The position numbers and the translations under genes are program-made. The notes beneath the pieces were generated by a model. That model saw nothing but the letters and a program-made list of their open reading frames with translations, was not told the DNA's origin and searched no databases. Shown in pieces: positions 52,035 through 63,478 of a stretch of DNA of 64,000 bases (within the stretch, counting starts at the first letter, position 1; the number at the start of each line of letters is the position of its first letter). This DNA is from Octopus sinensis (Eukaryota): positions 6,820,001 through 6,884,000 of the forward strand of contig NC_043006.1 in assembly GCF_006345805.1 (NCBI RefSeq), written 5' to 3'.

Positions 52035-52109
52035 TAGGTCACTGTCTGGAACTGAACTCAGAATCTTGGGAATCGTAACCCGCGCTCTTAACCACTGCGC
52101 CATATGCCC
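51020..52109 (-). mobile_element. tRNA-headed SINE-like element with internal (AAT)n and hammerhead (left copy, split by a Dong insertion)
   Basis: Minus strand: head gggcatatggcgcagtggttaagagcgcggg..gagttcagttcc (52109-52035), then (AAT)n, then body with ACAC-CTGATGA-A-GGCTG..CAGCT-TAAA-CG-CT-GTGT (51120-51077). Confidence 0.7.
51194..51973 (-). mobile_element. R4/Dong-clade LINE, 5'-truncated, intact REL endonuclease C-terminus, inserted in (TAA)n
   Basis: YLNRHDRAAQYIHWVIC..WWEHKP..IWNFTIQTDRKIDANRPDII..CLLIDMTVP..KLSKYKDLEIEI..IPVVIGALG..LRKILSM*. Flanked by (TTA)n at 51171-51193 and 51973-52034. Confidence 0.92.
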
Positions 52110-52277
52110 GTAGTGGTTAAGAGCACGGGCTACAAACCCCAAGATTCTGAGTTCAATTCCAGACAGTTTCAGTCGAAACGTTGTGTTAACAACAAACAAG
52201 ATGAGAACAAATATCCGTCAAATGAAAGCAATGTAAATAAAGTACTTAATTCCTCATCTCTTAAATATAGAACTATA
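52109..52277 (+). mobile_element. tRNA-headed HHR element, right (inverted) copy with internal deletion
   Basis: cgtagtggttaagagcacgggc..gagttcaattcc is joined to cagtc-GAAA-CG-TT-GTGT-taacaacaaacaagatgag, the reverse complement of about 51040-51095. Confidence 0.7.
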
Positions 52278-52632
52278 TAAACAAACATATTTACCGTATT
52301 TACGAATTGAGTTTCATGTCCAATTTTGTACACCCAGATCTATACAGGTGTGTGTATGAGAGTGTGTGCGTGTGTGTGTGTGTGTGTGAGTGTGCATGTG
52401 CGTATTAGCGTGCGCTTGTGTCTGAGTGTGTAGAAACTTAATTTATTCAATGGTATAAAGATTTCCTTTCCAGAAACAAACTAGATGTTCAATATAAATG
52501 AATAAAAAGAAAGGTGATGCACAAATCTCTTCTTATTCGACTGTAATGATTGCCCGGAGACTTTATTAAGAGAGCTTGTAATTTCAACAAACTTAAAGCG
52601 TAAAAATCCTCTCCAGCAAATATATATATATA

Positions 52633-53270
52633 ATGGGATTGCACCTAGAAAGTTACCCTCCTAGATACAAGTCCGGGCAAGGTTGTTTATGGAAGGCTAG
52701 CAGTCGCCCATGCATACCAGCCTCCTCTCTCCACGCCACCAGTGTTAACCAAGGGAAAGACAAAGGTCGATACAGCTTGGCACCTGTGACGTCGCAACTC
52801 ATTTCTACAGCTGAGTGAACTGGAGCAACGTGAAATAAAGTGCCTTGCTCAAGAACACAACACGCAGCCCGGTCCGGGATTCGAGCTCACAACCTCACGA
52901 TCTTAAGCTCGACGCTCTAACCACTGAGTTAAGGCGCATGGCTCAGTGGTCAGAGCGTCGAGCTTAAGATCGTGAGGTTGTGAGCTCGAATCCCGGACCG
53001 GGCTGCGTGTTGTGTCTTGAGCAAGGCACTTTATTTCACGTTGCTCCAGTTCACTCAGCTGTAGAAATGAGTTGCGACGTCACTGGTGCCAAGCTGTATC
53101 GACCTTTGTCTTTCCCTTGGATAACACTGGTGGTGTGGAGAGGGGAGGCTGGTATGCATGGGCGACTGCTGGTCTTCCATAAACAACCTTGCCCAGACTT
53201 GTGTCTAGGAGGGTAACTTTCTAGGTGCAATCCCATGGTCATTCATGACCGAAGGGGGTCTTTACCCTTT
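52633..53270. mobile_element. Head-to-head fold-back dimer of SINE type D
   Basis: 52633-52928 (minus) and about 52933-53270 (plus) are near-perfect reverse complements; both outer flanks are (TA)-rich. Confidence 0.93.
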
Positions 53271-53719
53271 ATATATATAATATCAATGTTTGTGTTTTCC
53301 TTATATGATATGGCAATTTAAATGAAAAATGTTACAATATATTATTCATTTTGTTTACGATATACGACATTCTGTTAAATACCAGCGATATACACATAGA
53401 AATATACAATCGATTCTCATTGAAATGTCATGTAAGAGGGAAATATCTGACGTAGGAATCATCTACCACTTGACAAGGGACTCTTTGGGATTGTCCTAGA
53501 AGTCAACCTTGCAAACATTTCTAAACCGTGTCAAACTTGCAAAATGTTCTAAACATAATCATGCGATCATCCTCAGCCAATCAAATCGAACTATATATCC
53601 TCTATACAAACAATAATTTGTAGCTTTTGAAAATCAGTGTAATTACCGGAACTGGTGTAGGCGTTAGAAATATATAAAAAATATCTAAACGAATCGTAGT
53701 GCATTTTCAACTTCATATA

Positions 53720-55412
53720 TATATATATATATATATATATACCGGAGTAAACACATAAATGTGAAACAAGGTGGAAAAAAGAGTACTCAAATACCAGTGG
53801 AGAGTAATATGCTTTATTTTAAGCAGCAGAAAATTCAACAAAATCTGTTACTCTGAGTTTTCGTTTGCCGTTCATCAGACAGTTCTTGCTAGAATGGAAC
53901 ATATATATTAATTCAATCTATACTCTTACAAACGCTACACCTTTAAAAAGAAATGGACTTGTTTGATTGGCCCTTTAGAAAAAAAAAAAAAAAAAAAAAA
54001 TTCATTAAAACAAGATTTTATTCTCATAAGAATTCTTTTAAATACCCAGAGAATAGAAAGAAAACCAGCCTAGCAAATATGTCTGGGAACTAAAAGAAAA
54101 GGAAGCCCCACCTTTCAACGTGACATGGAGCATTCTGGACAGGGCGGCACCATACAGGCATGGAGCTTACAAATATAATTTCAAGTGCAAGCTTTGCTTA
54201 TTAGAAAAAATGCATATATTATTCAAGACAATAATTCTTTGAATCAAAGAAGTGAATTAATGAACTTATGTAGGCACAAGGCTAAATTTAAATGTCGAAT
54301 AAAATATACCATATGGATAGAGTATATATTTTGTATTTTATTTTTTGATTTTGATTTTGACTCTTGAGCGCTGCAACGGACCTTATAGCAAAGTCTTATT
54401 GTTTCTACATATATATTAGAAAAACCTACAACTTTGTTTTCATGTTATTGTATTGCATAAGATTACCTTGATTATTTATATTACCTTGATTATTTATAAA
54501 TGACCCAAAATAGGATGTTATATTTTATTTTATAGGTCTTCGTATATATTTTTATAATGCACCGAATTTTAAAAGCAATGTTTTTTTTATATAAAAAAAG
54601 CAATGTTGTCAAATTTAAAATGTTTATATAAGTTTGTGTATAGCAAAGCATATGTATTTGTAAGCATACGTATCTGTGTATGTGTAAGTGAAAGTATGCT
54701 TGTGCTTAAGCACGCATACACACGACGGTATGTATATGTATCGATTCAAACTTGTGTATGTATACTGCCTCTATAGATGCCAAATAACATCGCTACAAAT
54801 TTTTTCCCCACCCCTCCTTCGTTCCTTTTTCTCTCTTTCCCTTTCTTTCGTTCCCCCTCCTTGCTCAGTATATGAGAATTGCTACATAGATGAATTTTAG
54901 CTTGCGTGCGAGACGTTTTGCGTGAATATATGTACACATGCTTTTATGTGTAATATTAGATTCATATTCATACGTCTGTATATGTATGTATGGCGTTTAC
55001 GCGCATCCTTTTGTTATGTTGATATATATATGTGGATTTTAATATAAATATGTATTGCAGTATTTATAACAGGTTTAATTCTATGCATTAATTTGTACTG
55101 TCTTCATTAACGGCAACAGGTTTTTTTCCTCGGTATTTTCCTCGGATTTTATAATCTTTATAAGTTTTTATATATATATACATATATTTTGACCTTTTTG
55201 TTTATCGCTCGAAGATTGACCGTTTTTTTTTTTTTTTTTTTTTTTCTAAAGGGCCAATCAAACAAGTCCATTTCTTTTTAAAGGTGTAGCGTTTGTAAGA
55301 GTATAGATTGAATTAATATATATGTTCCATTCTAGCAAGAACTGTCTGATGAACGGCAACGAGAAACTCAGAGTAACAGATTTTGTTGAATTTTCTGCTG
55401 CTTAAAATAAAG

Positions 55413-55415
<3 letters not shown>
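53720..55415 (+). mobile_element. 5'-truncated Penelope-like insertion: inverted pseudo-LTR, GIY-YIG C-terminus, pseudo-LTR
   Basis: 54001-54310 gives KTRFYSHKNSFK..SKYVWELKEKE..TWSILDRAAPY..KCKLCLLEKMHIL..SLNQRSELMNLCRHKAKF. 53810-54000 is the reverse complement of 55225-55415. Both ends are in (TA)n. Confidence 0.85.
55342..55379 (+). ncRNA. Minimal type I hammerhead with GNRA-capped stem II
   Basis: CTGT-CTGATGA-A-CG(GCAA)CG-A-GAAA-CTCAGAG-TA-ACAG. The inverted copy at 53845-53882 has lost G12. Confidence 0.7.
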
Positions 55416-55490
<75 letters not shown>

Positions 55491-55580
55491 ATATGCATAT
55501 ATATATAATATAAATATGATATATATATAAATATAAATATATATACATATATTATATATTTATATATATATATATATAGA
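55410..55580. repeat. (TA)n microsatellite
   Basis: Seen directly. Confidence 0.95.
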
Positions 55581-55690
55581 AATTAGGGGTGAGTACTTGA
55601 TAATTATAAGCACCTGTGTATACCGTTTGGTGGTGTAGGTGGTGGAGTAAATTGATCAAAATAAAATAAAAACATGATGCGAAGGATTCA

Positions 55691-55768
55691 GCGGTACATA
55701 TGTTTCGGGCCTTTATTAGACAGATTTATAACAATGCATAATGTATGTCTGTGGCCTTCTTCAGCCGC
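55691..55768 (-). ncRNA. Type I hammerhead, CUGAAGA core, GUA site
   Basis: GCGG-CTGAAGA-A-GGCC(..ACAGA..TCTGT..)GGCC-C-GAAA-CATATG-TA-CCGC. Confidence 0.8.
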
Positions 55769-56908
55769 GCACAACAGCTTCCACAAGGACATTGTTACAT
55801 CAAAAATTCTTGGTTGGGATGCAAATCCTCTCATTCACGTACGACATAATGCGGCAGCAGCATAGAATTGAAGCGTCCATCTCTTTCTTCTCTCAATGTA
55901 GAATGAGGAAAATTGGATGTTGAGGTAATGTAAATAAATAAATACATATATAGAGGTGAAGATGGAGGGGCGAGAGTTCGGGACGAGGGATAAAAAATGT
56001 ATAAAAAGTGTAAGTATAGAATAATATGTCTCTCTGTGTGTGTATATGAGTGTATATGTGCACGCACATACGGACACACAGCCGTGTGTGCGTGCGCATG
56101 TTGACATGAGTACGGGATTCTTTACTTACGTTCTTATACACATCCTTTAATATCTTATACCTGGACCTAGAGGCGTGGGCATATACGTGTGTGTATGTAG
56201 TGATGGGCGCGCGTATATACATGTGAGCGTGTACGCGAGTAATGTCCGTGTATATATGCGGATATTCTGTTGTATGTATGTGTGTGTACGCGCGTGCATG
56301 TGGGTGCGTGTGTGTTTATGTACGTGTTTACGCGCGAGTGCGTGTGTATGCTTATAGGCTTGGAGGCGTATATGTACGCGTGTATGTGGGTGTATGTATC
56401 CATGATGTATGTATGTACTAGAAGTCCATTTAATTCAAGGAACCAGATTAAATGCTCATCAGCTCTGATTTACAACGCATTAAGTCCCAGACGAAACTGT
56501 TGATTTACTGACAATTCTACAACTAAATTTTATCAATCCCTGACCACCATGCTTGGTCCGTAACCTCTATACATCCCTTATCTTTACATTCTTTTACACT
56601 TTTATCATGGTTTTATCAGGTTTTTTTACTTTTATTTCTATTTCTATTTTTACTTTATAACCTTATGCCTTTACATTTATTTATATTTCTTTATATTTCT
56701 TTATACCCCCTTTACATTTCCTTACAACTCTTTATATCTTTATCCTCTACATTTTTATATTATTCTATACTTACACTTTTTATACATTTTTTATCCCTCG
56801 TCCCGAACTCTCGCCCCTCCATCTTCACCTCTATATATGTATTTATTTATTTACATTACCTCAACATCCGCTGAATCCTTCGCATCATGTTTTTATTTTT
56901 ATTTTGAT

Positions 56909-56944
<36 letters not shown>

Positions 56945-57098
56945 TTATATTTATATATATATGCATATATAATGTGTAGAAATTCGGGGTGAGTACTTGA
57001 TAATTATAAGCACCTGTGTATACCGTTTGGTGGTGTAGGTGGTGGAGTAAATTGATCAAAATAAAAATAAAAATAAGACACATGAGGCGAAGGATTCA

Positions 57099-57176
57099 GC
57101 GGTACATATGTTTCGGGCCTTTATTAGACAGATTCATAACAAATCATAATGTATGTCTGTGGCCTTCTTCAGCCGC
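57099..57176 (-). ncRNA. Type I hammerhead (left palindrome arm)
   Basis: Same motif as 55691 and 57367. Confidence 0.8.
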
Positions 57177-57366
57177 GCACAACAGCTTCCACAAGGACAT
57201 GTGTTACTTCCGAAATTCTTGGTTGGGGATGCAAATCTTCTCGTTCCCGTACGACATAATGCGGCTCGATGCTGCTGCCGCATTATGTCGTACGGGAACG
57301 AGAAGATTTGCATCCCCAACCAAGAATTTCGGAAGTAACACATGTCCTTGTGGAAATCTGTTGTGC

Positions 57367-57444
57367 GCGGCTGAAGAAGGCCACAGACATACATTATGAT
57401 TTGTTATGAATCTGTCTAATAAAGGCCCGAAACATATGTACCGC
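57367..57444 (+). ncRNA. Type I hammerhead (right palindrome arm)
   Basis: GCGG-CTGAAGA-AGGCC..GGCCC-GAAA-CATATG-TA-CCGC; predicted cut after A57440. Confidence 0.82.
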
Positions 57445-57649
57445 TGAATCCTTCGCCTCATGTTCTTATTTTTATTTTTATTTTGATCAATCTATATGCA
57501 TATATATATATATAAAGTGGCGTACTCCGATAGAATCAGGTGATGTAATCCGGTGGTAGAAAGGAATCCATGTATTAGATAATGCAAAGCCAGTCCGAAG
57601 GACGGCGGTCTGTGTAAGCAATGCAGTAAATAGTTGGTTAAAAAATGAA

Positions 57650-57830
57650 TAAAGACAAGAAAAACAACAACGCGAGGACATAGTGCATGCAAAGTATTAA
57701 TAACAGAAGGAAAGAGTGGTTGTTTTATCGTTCGACCATAGCTCCTCTTCGGAAACAGGAGACATAGGAAATCCCCAAAAAAGGGAGAAGGAGAGAAACA
57801 ATCGCCAACAGTCCACGTTAATTTACATTT
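57650..57830 (-). mobile_element. Diverged PLE pseudo-LTR related to family 1, with degenerate CCGAAGA hammerhead (57722-57756)
   Basis: caacaacgcgaggac and cgccaac anchors are shared with 16430-16590. Motif GTTT-CCGAAGA-GGAGCTATGGTC-GAA-CGA-TA-AAAC. Confidence 0.6.
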
Positions 57831-57899
57831 TTGAAATGACCGGAAGTACATGGAGAAAGAGAAAGTGCTTTCTGGGAGAGGAGAGTGTGAAGAATGGTT

Positions 57900-58439
57900 G
57901 ATATCTGTGTGTGCGCACATGTGTGTGTGTTACGCGCGTTTGCGTGTGGTGGCATGTGTGCGTGTTTGATAGAGTGTGTCTGTGTATGGTAGCGTGTGTG
58001 TCTGTGGAAGTAACTGCGTCGGTGTGTGTGCGTGGTAGCATGTGTGCGTGTGGTGGTAACGGTGTGTGTGTGTGTGTGTGATTTGGTATTAACTGTGTGT
58101 CTGTGTGCTATTTATTTTACATGTGTTTGTATTGTATGAATGTTGAGTTTGTGCGTGTTAATTGGTGGCTGTGTGTGTGTGTACTGGCGCGTTGGTACGT
58201 ATGCGTGCATGGGATGGTCAGTAGTGGGGCAGGGATAGTTTGAAAAGTGACTGAGAGGCGGTCTGAAGCAGTGTGAAATGTGTGTGAATGGGTGGGTGGT
58301 GATGTGTGTGTGTTGGCATGTGTACATAGACGTAGTGGGAATGTGTGTATGTGAGTATTATGTGTGAACATGTGTATGGGTGCGTGTGTTAGCCTCACTC
58401 TCTCTGTATCATTCTGTATACATATGTATATATATAATA

Positions 58440-58519
<80 letters not shown>

Positions 58520-58565
58520 TGTGTGGTGTGTGTGTGTGCGTGCGTGTGTGTGTATGTATGTATAC
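57900..58565. repeat. TG-rich low-complexity tract and (TA)n(TG)n microsatellite
   Basis: Seen directly. Confidence 0.85.
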
Positions 58566-60984
58566 ACTGATTTTTATTCCCAGTATTTTCAGAAAGAGAC
58601 GTTATAGCTGAAAGTGGTTCGTCCATACTCCAAGAAGACACAATAGGTTCCCTCTCTGTCAATCTTTGTCAGTCGATGCAGGTGTAGCCATTGATATAGA
58701 TGATTATATTTCATTAATAAACAGTAATATATGTTCTACTTAGGTTATATATATTTTGTTGATAATAAACTTATTGAAAATCACATGATTACCAAGTCTC
58801 AACATAAGCTCTGAAATAAGAATAAGTATTCAGTTGATAGCAGAGCTCATAATACACAAGATACATCAAGTTGTTAACGAAACTAAAACAGTTTGATCAT
58901 AGGTTTGGTGAATTAAGTTTGCTCTGATGCCAAATAACGTCATCAAAAGTAGAAACAGGACGTGTATAATCATCTGACATTATACTTTAACCAGGTTTAT
59001 AGAACACATAAACATCATGTTGACTACCCAGCAAACTAGTTCTAACTCCTTTAGAAAAGTACTGTTTGTTTTAGCAAACTACCATAAATTGGGGAAATTA
59101 TTGTTGTGTTTTTAAATCATTTACCTTACGAAGAAAATTGTCATTGGTGCGAGTTGAACATCCCGATTCTCATTTTCGCTTTCATTGAACTTTAGCAACA
59201 GCACACACAATCAAACGTTGGTCCCAAATATAAGAAGACGGTTTTACGTTTATCGGAAATCCAGTTCGACACAATAGACACTGCTGCTGTTGCTAAAAAG
59301 CAATAAAACTTTTAATACTCCTTTCTATCAAAATGTCAAATTCTGTTGATAAGTGACAAGACGATTGTAAAAAGGTCATCAAAGTTGACGCAATATTAAA
59401 TGATTTTATTGAATAGTGAAACAAATAAATTTCCTTCCCAATGTTATAGCTTGAATTAAAAATCTAAAATATCTTTTATAATATTAGCCCCATCAGATAA
59501 AGACATGACATCAATCTCAATGGGTACTGACTAGAATTTCCAGAACTTGGAGACGAGGCGGATCTAGTTCACTCCAACATTACGATTATTACAAAAGAAG
59601 GCATTTATTAAGTTACACATCGCTGTTGGGCAATAATGCAACAAACACTTAAACAATATTAAACAAAACTTCCTTCTTCAATTACAGAACATCATATATC
59701 AACAGGAATAATTTTAACTGTGAACACAAAGTGTCCTCAAGTGTCAACTTGTCACACTCTCTTGGAGATCAATTTAACATAGTGGCTAATTTATTACCTT
59801 ATTCTGCAAATTATAAATTTATTTTGGTTTGCGAAATGGAATTGTTGCCGGTATTTGACGCCTATTATTTTCTCCCCACTTTCAGGTTTCCAGTATGTTT
59901 CTCTATACATAAAACAGATTGCATTCACCGTTCAGCAGCAAAGGTATTGCATGGTAAGTTTTTATTTTGTGCTTTTTTTATGATTATCAAAATTATATTT
60001 GAATGTACAGAACACATTTGAAGTGAGTAAATATACGGCGATACAAAATTATTTGCGATGTCGAATATATTCGACTGTTTATTTATCTTCATATAATGCA
60101 AATACCAACTATACATGTCCATTAATCGTATTAAGTTCACTTTATTGATGTGCATATATTTTAATTAATGTACTAAACATACCCTAGATGTGAAACGGCA
60201 TGTAAAGATATTTTCTGTACTCTATGAAGCATATATGCAACTCTATTTCTGTGTTGAATTTTTCGACTTTGAAAATAATATACAATCACATAATAGGTCA
60301 ATATTAGTCATTCCGCACAACTGATCTCAGGATTTTATTAGTATTAAATAAATCGATCACAGTGCGATGGTGGATATATTTAGCCGTGATCTGATTTTAA
60401 TTTAAAATTTTAGTGGTTCGAATGATTAATTAAATAATGGAAGTCGTTCAAACAGTTCAGTTACATTTAACAAACGTCGTTTAAACATTACGTACATTTT
60501 CATTCCATATATATTTACTTTGATTACATACCTATGGTTGAACATTGCTTTTTCTAGGAAAAGAGAAATATAATGTTGGGCAAGTATATATACCAGTGTT
60601 CTCAGACAACTACGCATTAAATTTGTAGAACAGTCATACCAATTTCGGAAATTACTGCATAACTTTCTATTCCGAAAGATTCCTTATACTGGAGGATTAG
60701 TAGATATACCACGATATCTACATATCAATATTGTTCACAGTTTTATGGGTGGCTGCTGTAGCATTGATTAGCTTATTCTTCTGTAGGCATGTTAAACATA
60801 AACGTTCTGGTATTTGAATATAATAATCCGGAAACAGCAAGCATTAATTTTCAGAATATCTTGGTGAAAATGTTTTTCAATTACTTACTAAAACATGAAT
60901 TAATTTAAAGGTTCATAGTGCCCAAATTCGTTCCATTATATCCGGCAGTAATATGTGAAACTCTGTTCCAATTTAAATACCTGA

Positions 60985-60990
60985 ATATGA

Positions 60991-61030
<40 letters not shown>

Positions 61031-61036
61031 ATATAC

Positions 61037-61073
<37 letters not shown>

Positions 61074-61203
61074 GTATATAATATCTATATATATGTGTTT
61101 GTATATATGCATGTATGTATGTATATATGTATGTATGAATATATATGTATATATATATATATTATATATATATATACATATATATACATACATATATATA
61201 TAC

Positions 61204-61270
<67 letters not shown>

Positions 61271-61299
61271 CATACATATATATACATATATATATATAC

Positions 61300-61346
<47 letters not shown>

Positions 61347-61420
61347 ATATATATATATATATATTATATATGTATGTATGCATGTGTGGTGGATACGTGT
61401 GTGGAGGTGTGGATGGGCGT
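60985..61420. repeat. Long (TA)n/(TATG) microsatellite
   Basis: Seen directly. Confidence 0.95.
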
Positions 61421-61826
61421 GAGTGCGGGCGGTGCCATATGTAGAGATTAATAAGATTTTTTTTTATTTCAGCCGATCCTGTTTCTTGGTACACTGAGTT
61501 AGTTTCACATGTAGATACTCAGAGCTTTCGAAGTTTATTCTACCATCAGAGCTCAACATTTTATAGTTTTATTAAATGAGGTTCCATGCATCAGGTACCA
61601 CTAATTTGGTTTCTATCAAAATTAGATAAAGCAGTTATTTTAACTTATATAGTTATAATATAAATATCTTCAAAAATAGAAAAATATAAGGCTATATCGT
61701 GAAGTACAAGGCATACATAATGCATGTGTATACTTACACACTGGAAACTTTCAAATTTCCTCATACTGGTAATAGCAAAAAAAAAAGTCAAATGTGATGG
61801 TTCCATTATTTTGTCTAGTCACTCTA

Positions 61827-62204
61827 TACTCTTTTACTCTTTTACTTGTTTCAGTCATTTGACTGCGGCCATGCTGGCGCACCACCTTTAGTCGAGCAAA
61901 TCGACCCCGGGACTTATTCTTTGTAAGCCCAGTACTTATTCTATCGGTCTCTTTTGCCGAACCGCTAAGTGACGGGGACGTAAACACACCAGCATCGGTT
62001 GTCAAGCAATGCTAGGGGGACAAACACAGACACATATATACGACAGGCTTCTTTCAGTTTCCGTCTACCAAATCCACTTACAAGGCTTTGGTCGGCCCGA
62101 GGCTATAGCAGAAGACACTTGCCTAAGATGCCACGCAGTGGGACTGAACCCGGAACCATGTGGTTGGTTAGCAAGCTACTTACCACACAGCCACTCCTGC
62201 GCCT
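61827..62204 (-). mobile_element. tRNA-derived SINE type C (with a partial older copy at about 62325-62470)
   Basis: Near-identical to 42514-42938, with a short internal microsatellite. Confidence 0.92.
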
Positions 62205-63243
62205 ATATATATCTTTTTATTTTTCCACTTATTTCAGTCACTCGAACGCTGTCATACTGGGGTACCACCTTGAGAAATTTTAGTCTAACGAATCGATCCC
62301 AGTGTATATTTTCCTTAATTCGGATTTCTTTCAGTTTCTACCAATCTAAATCCGCTCACAAGACTTTGGTCGGCCCGAGGCTATATTAGAGTACAGTAGC
62401 CCAAGATATCACGTAGTGGGAATGAACCCGGAACCACTTGGTTAGGGAGAAAACTTCTTATCAGACAACGATATTCGTATATACATACATACATTTATAC
62501 ATGCATACATACATACTCTGAGATATGTAATACACTCCCTAACTACCAATTTTGAGAAATTAATCTTCGCAAATCCAGTAAGGAGAAAGCTAATTCAAAG
62601 ACTACAGATCCAATCCATTACTGGAACTGTAAAAATCTGTAAAACTTTTCAGAAGTTTATCATTAAAATATATATATGAGCCTGTCTAGATATGCAGCTG
62701 TTTGTATGAGAATACATACATAAAACAAGACATACAAATCTGCACAGATGCATATACACAAACAAAATTATCCTGGCACGAAATCGTGAAATAAAACTGA
62801 AAAATGACGTCCACACATAATGCCCGGGTATCATAATTTTATAACGGCATGAAATTGGAATTTTGTTTATAATACATTGATATATATCTGGTAAGCTCCG
62901 TAATAAAATAGATATTAAACACATAGATATACGATTGTAATATGTACTGGGTTCATTAATCTGAACTAAACAGAATAATACCCCATGATATCCACTGTCA
63001 TCTAAAACCCACTTGATATATGATACTCAGAATTGAAACCGCTTTATTTAGATTTAACAAATACCTCCAAGGTTTCCCCCTCCATTTCTCACTCTTTCAG
63101 TCTCTTCCTCCTTCTCTCTCTCTTTCCATTTTTCTTTCTCTTTCTCCTCTCTCTCTCTTTCTCTTTCATTCTCTCTATCTCCCTCTTGCGCTGTTTAATC
63201 ATTGCAAATGAATATATCTATTGCCAGTTTGTACAGTGTATTA

Positions 63244-63478
63244 AGGCGGCGAGCTGGCAGAAACGTTAGCACGCCGATAGAAATGCGTAGCCGTATTTCA
63301 TCTGCCGTTACGTTCTGGGTTCAAATTCTGCCGAGGTCGACTTTGCCTTTCATCCTTTCGGGGTCGATTAAATAAGTACTAGTTACGCACTGGGGTCGAT
63401 GTAATCGACTTAATCCGTGTGTCTGTCCTTGTTTGTCCTCTCTGTGTTTAACCCCTTGTGGGTAGTAAAGAAATAGAA
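63244..63478 (+). mobile_element. tRNA-derived SINE type B, full length
   Basis: Same family as 41709. Confidence 0.92.

Larger units (their letters stand above)
55580..57491. mobile_element. Rearranged PLE pseudo-LTR cluster (five segments, three intact HHRs)
   Basis: X (55580-55870) is directly repeated at 56980-57265 and inverted at 57269-57491. Y (55915-56035) is inverted at 56750-56869 and fused to inverted X at 56868-56912. Confidence 0.85.

Noticed and set aside
56410-56466. Minus-strand CTGATGA with 8-bp stem II (CATTTAAT/ATTAAATG)
   Set aside because: GAAA and the stem I partner are lost. Counted only as a degenerate HHR relic, not annotated as a ribozyme.
59150-59560. Possible PLE RT remnant on the minus strand (IDVMSL, YCVNFDDLF)
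   Set aside because: The motifs are short and in broken frames; I cannot distinguish them from chance without an HMM search.
59919-59960. 36-nt mini-exon candidate (aacag|..catg|gtaagt)
   Set aside because: It is too short to assess, and splice-like motifs are frequent by chance in AT-rich DNA.
61515-61556. Minus-strand CTGATGG..GAAA-GCTCTGAG-TA
   Set aside because: The core, stem II and stem I are all imperfect.
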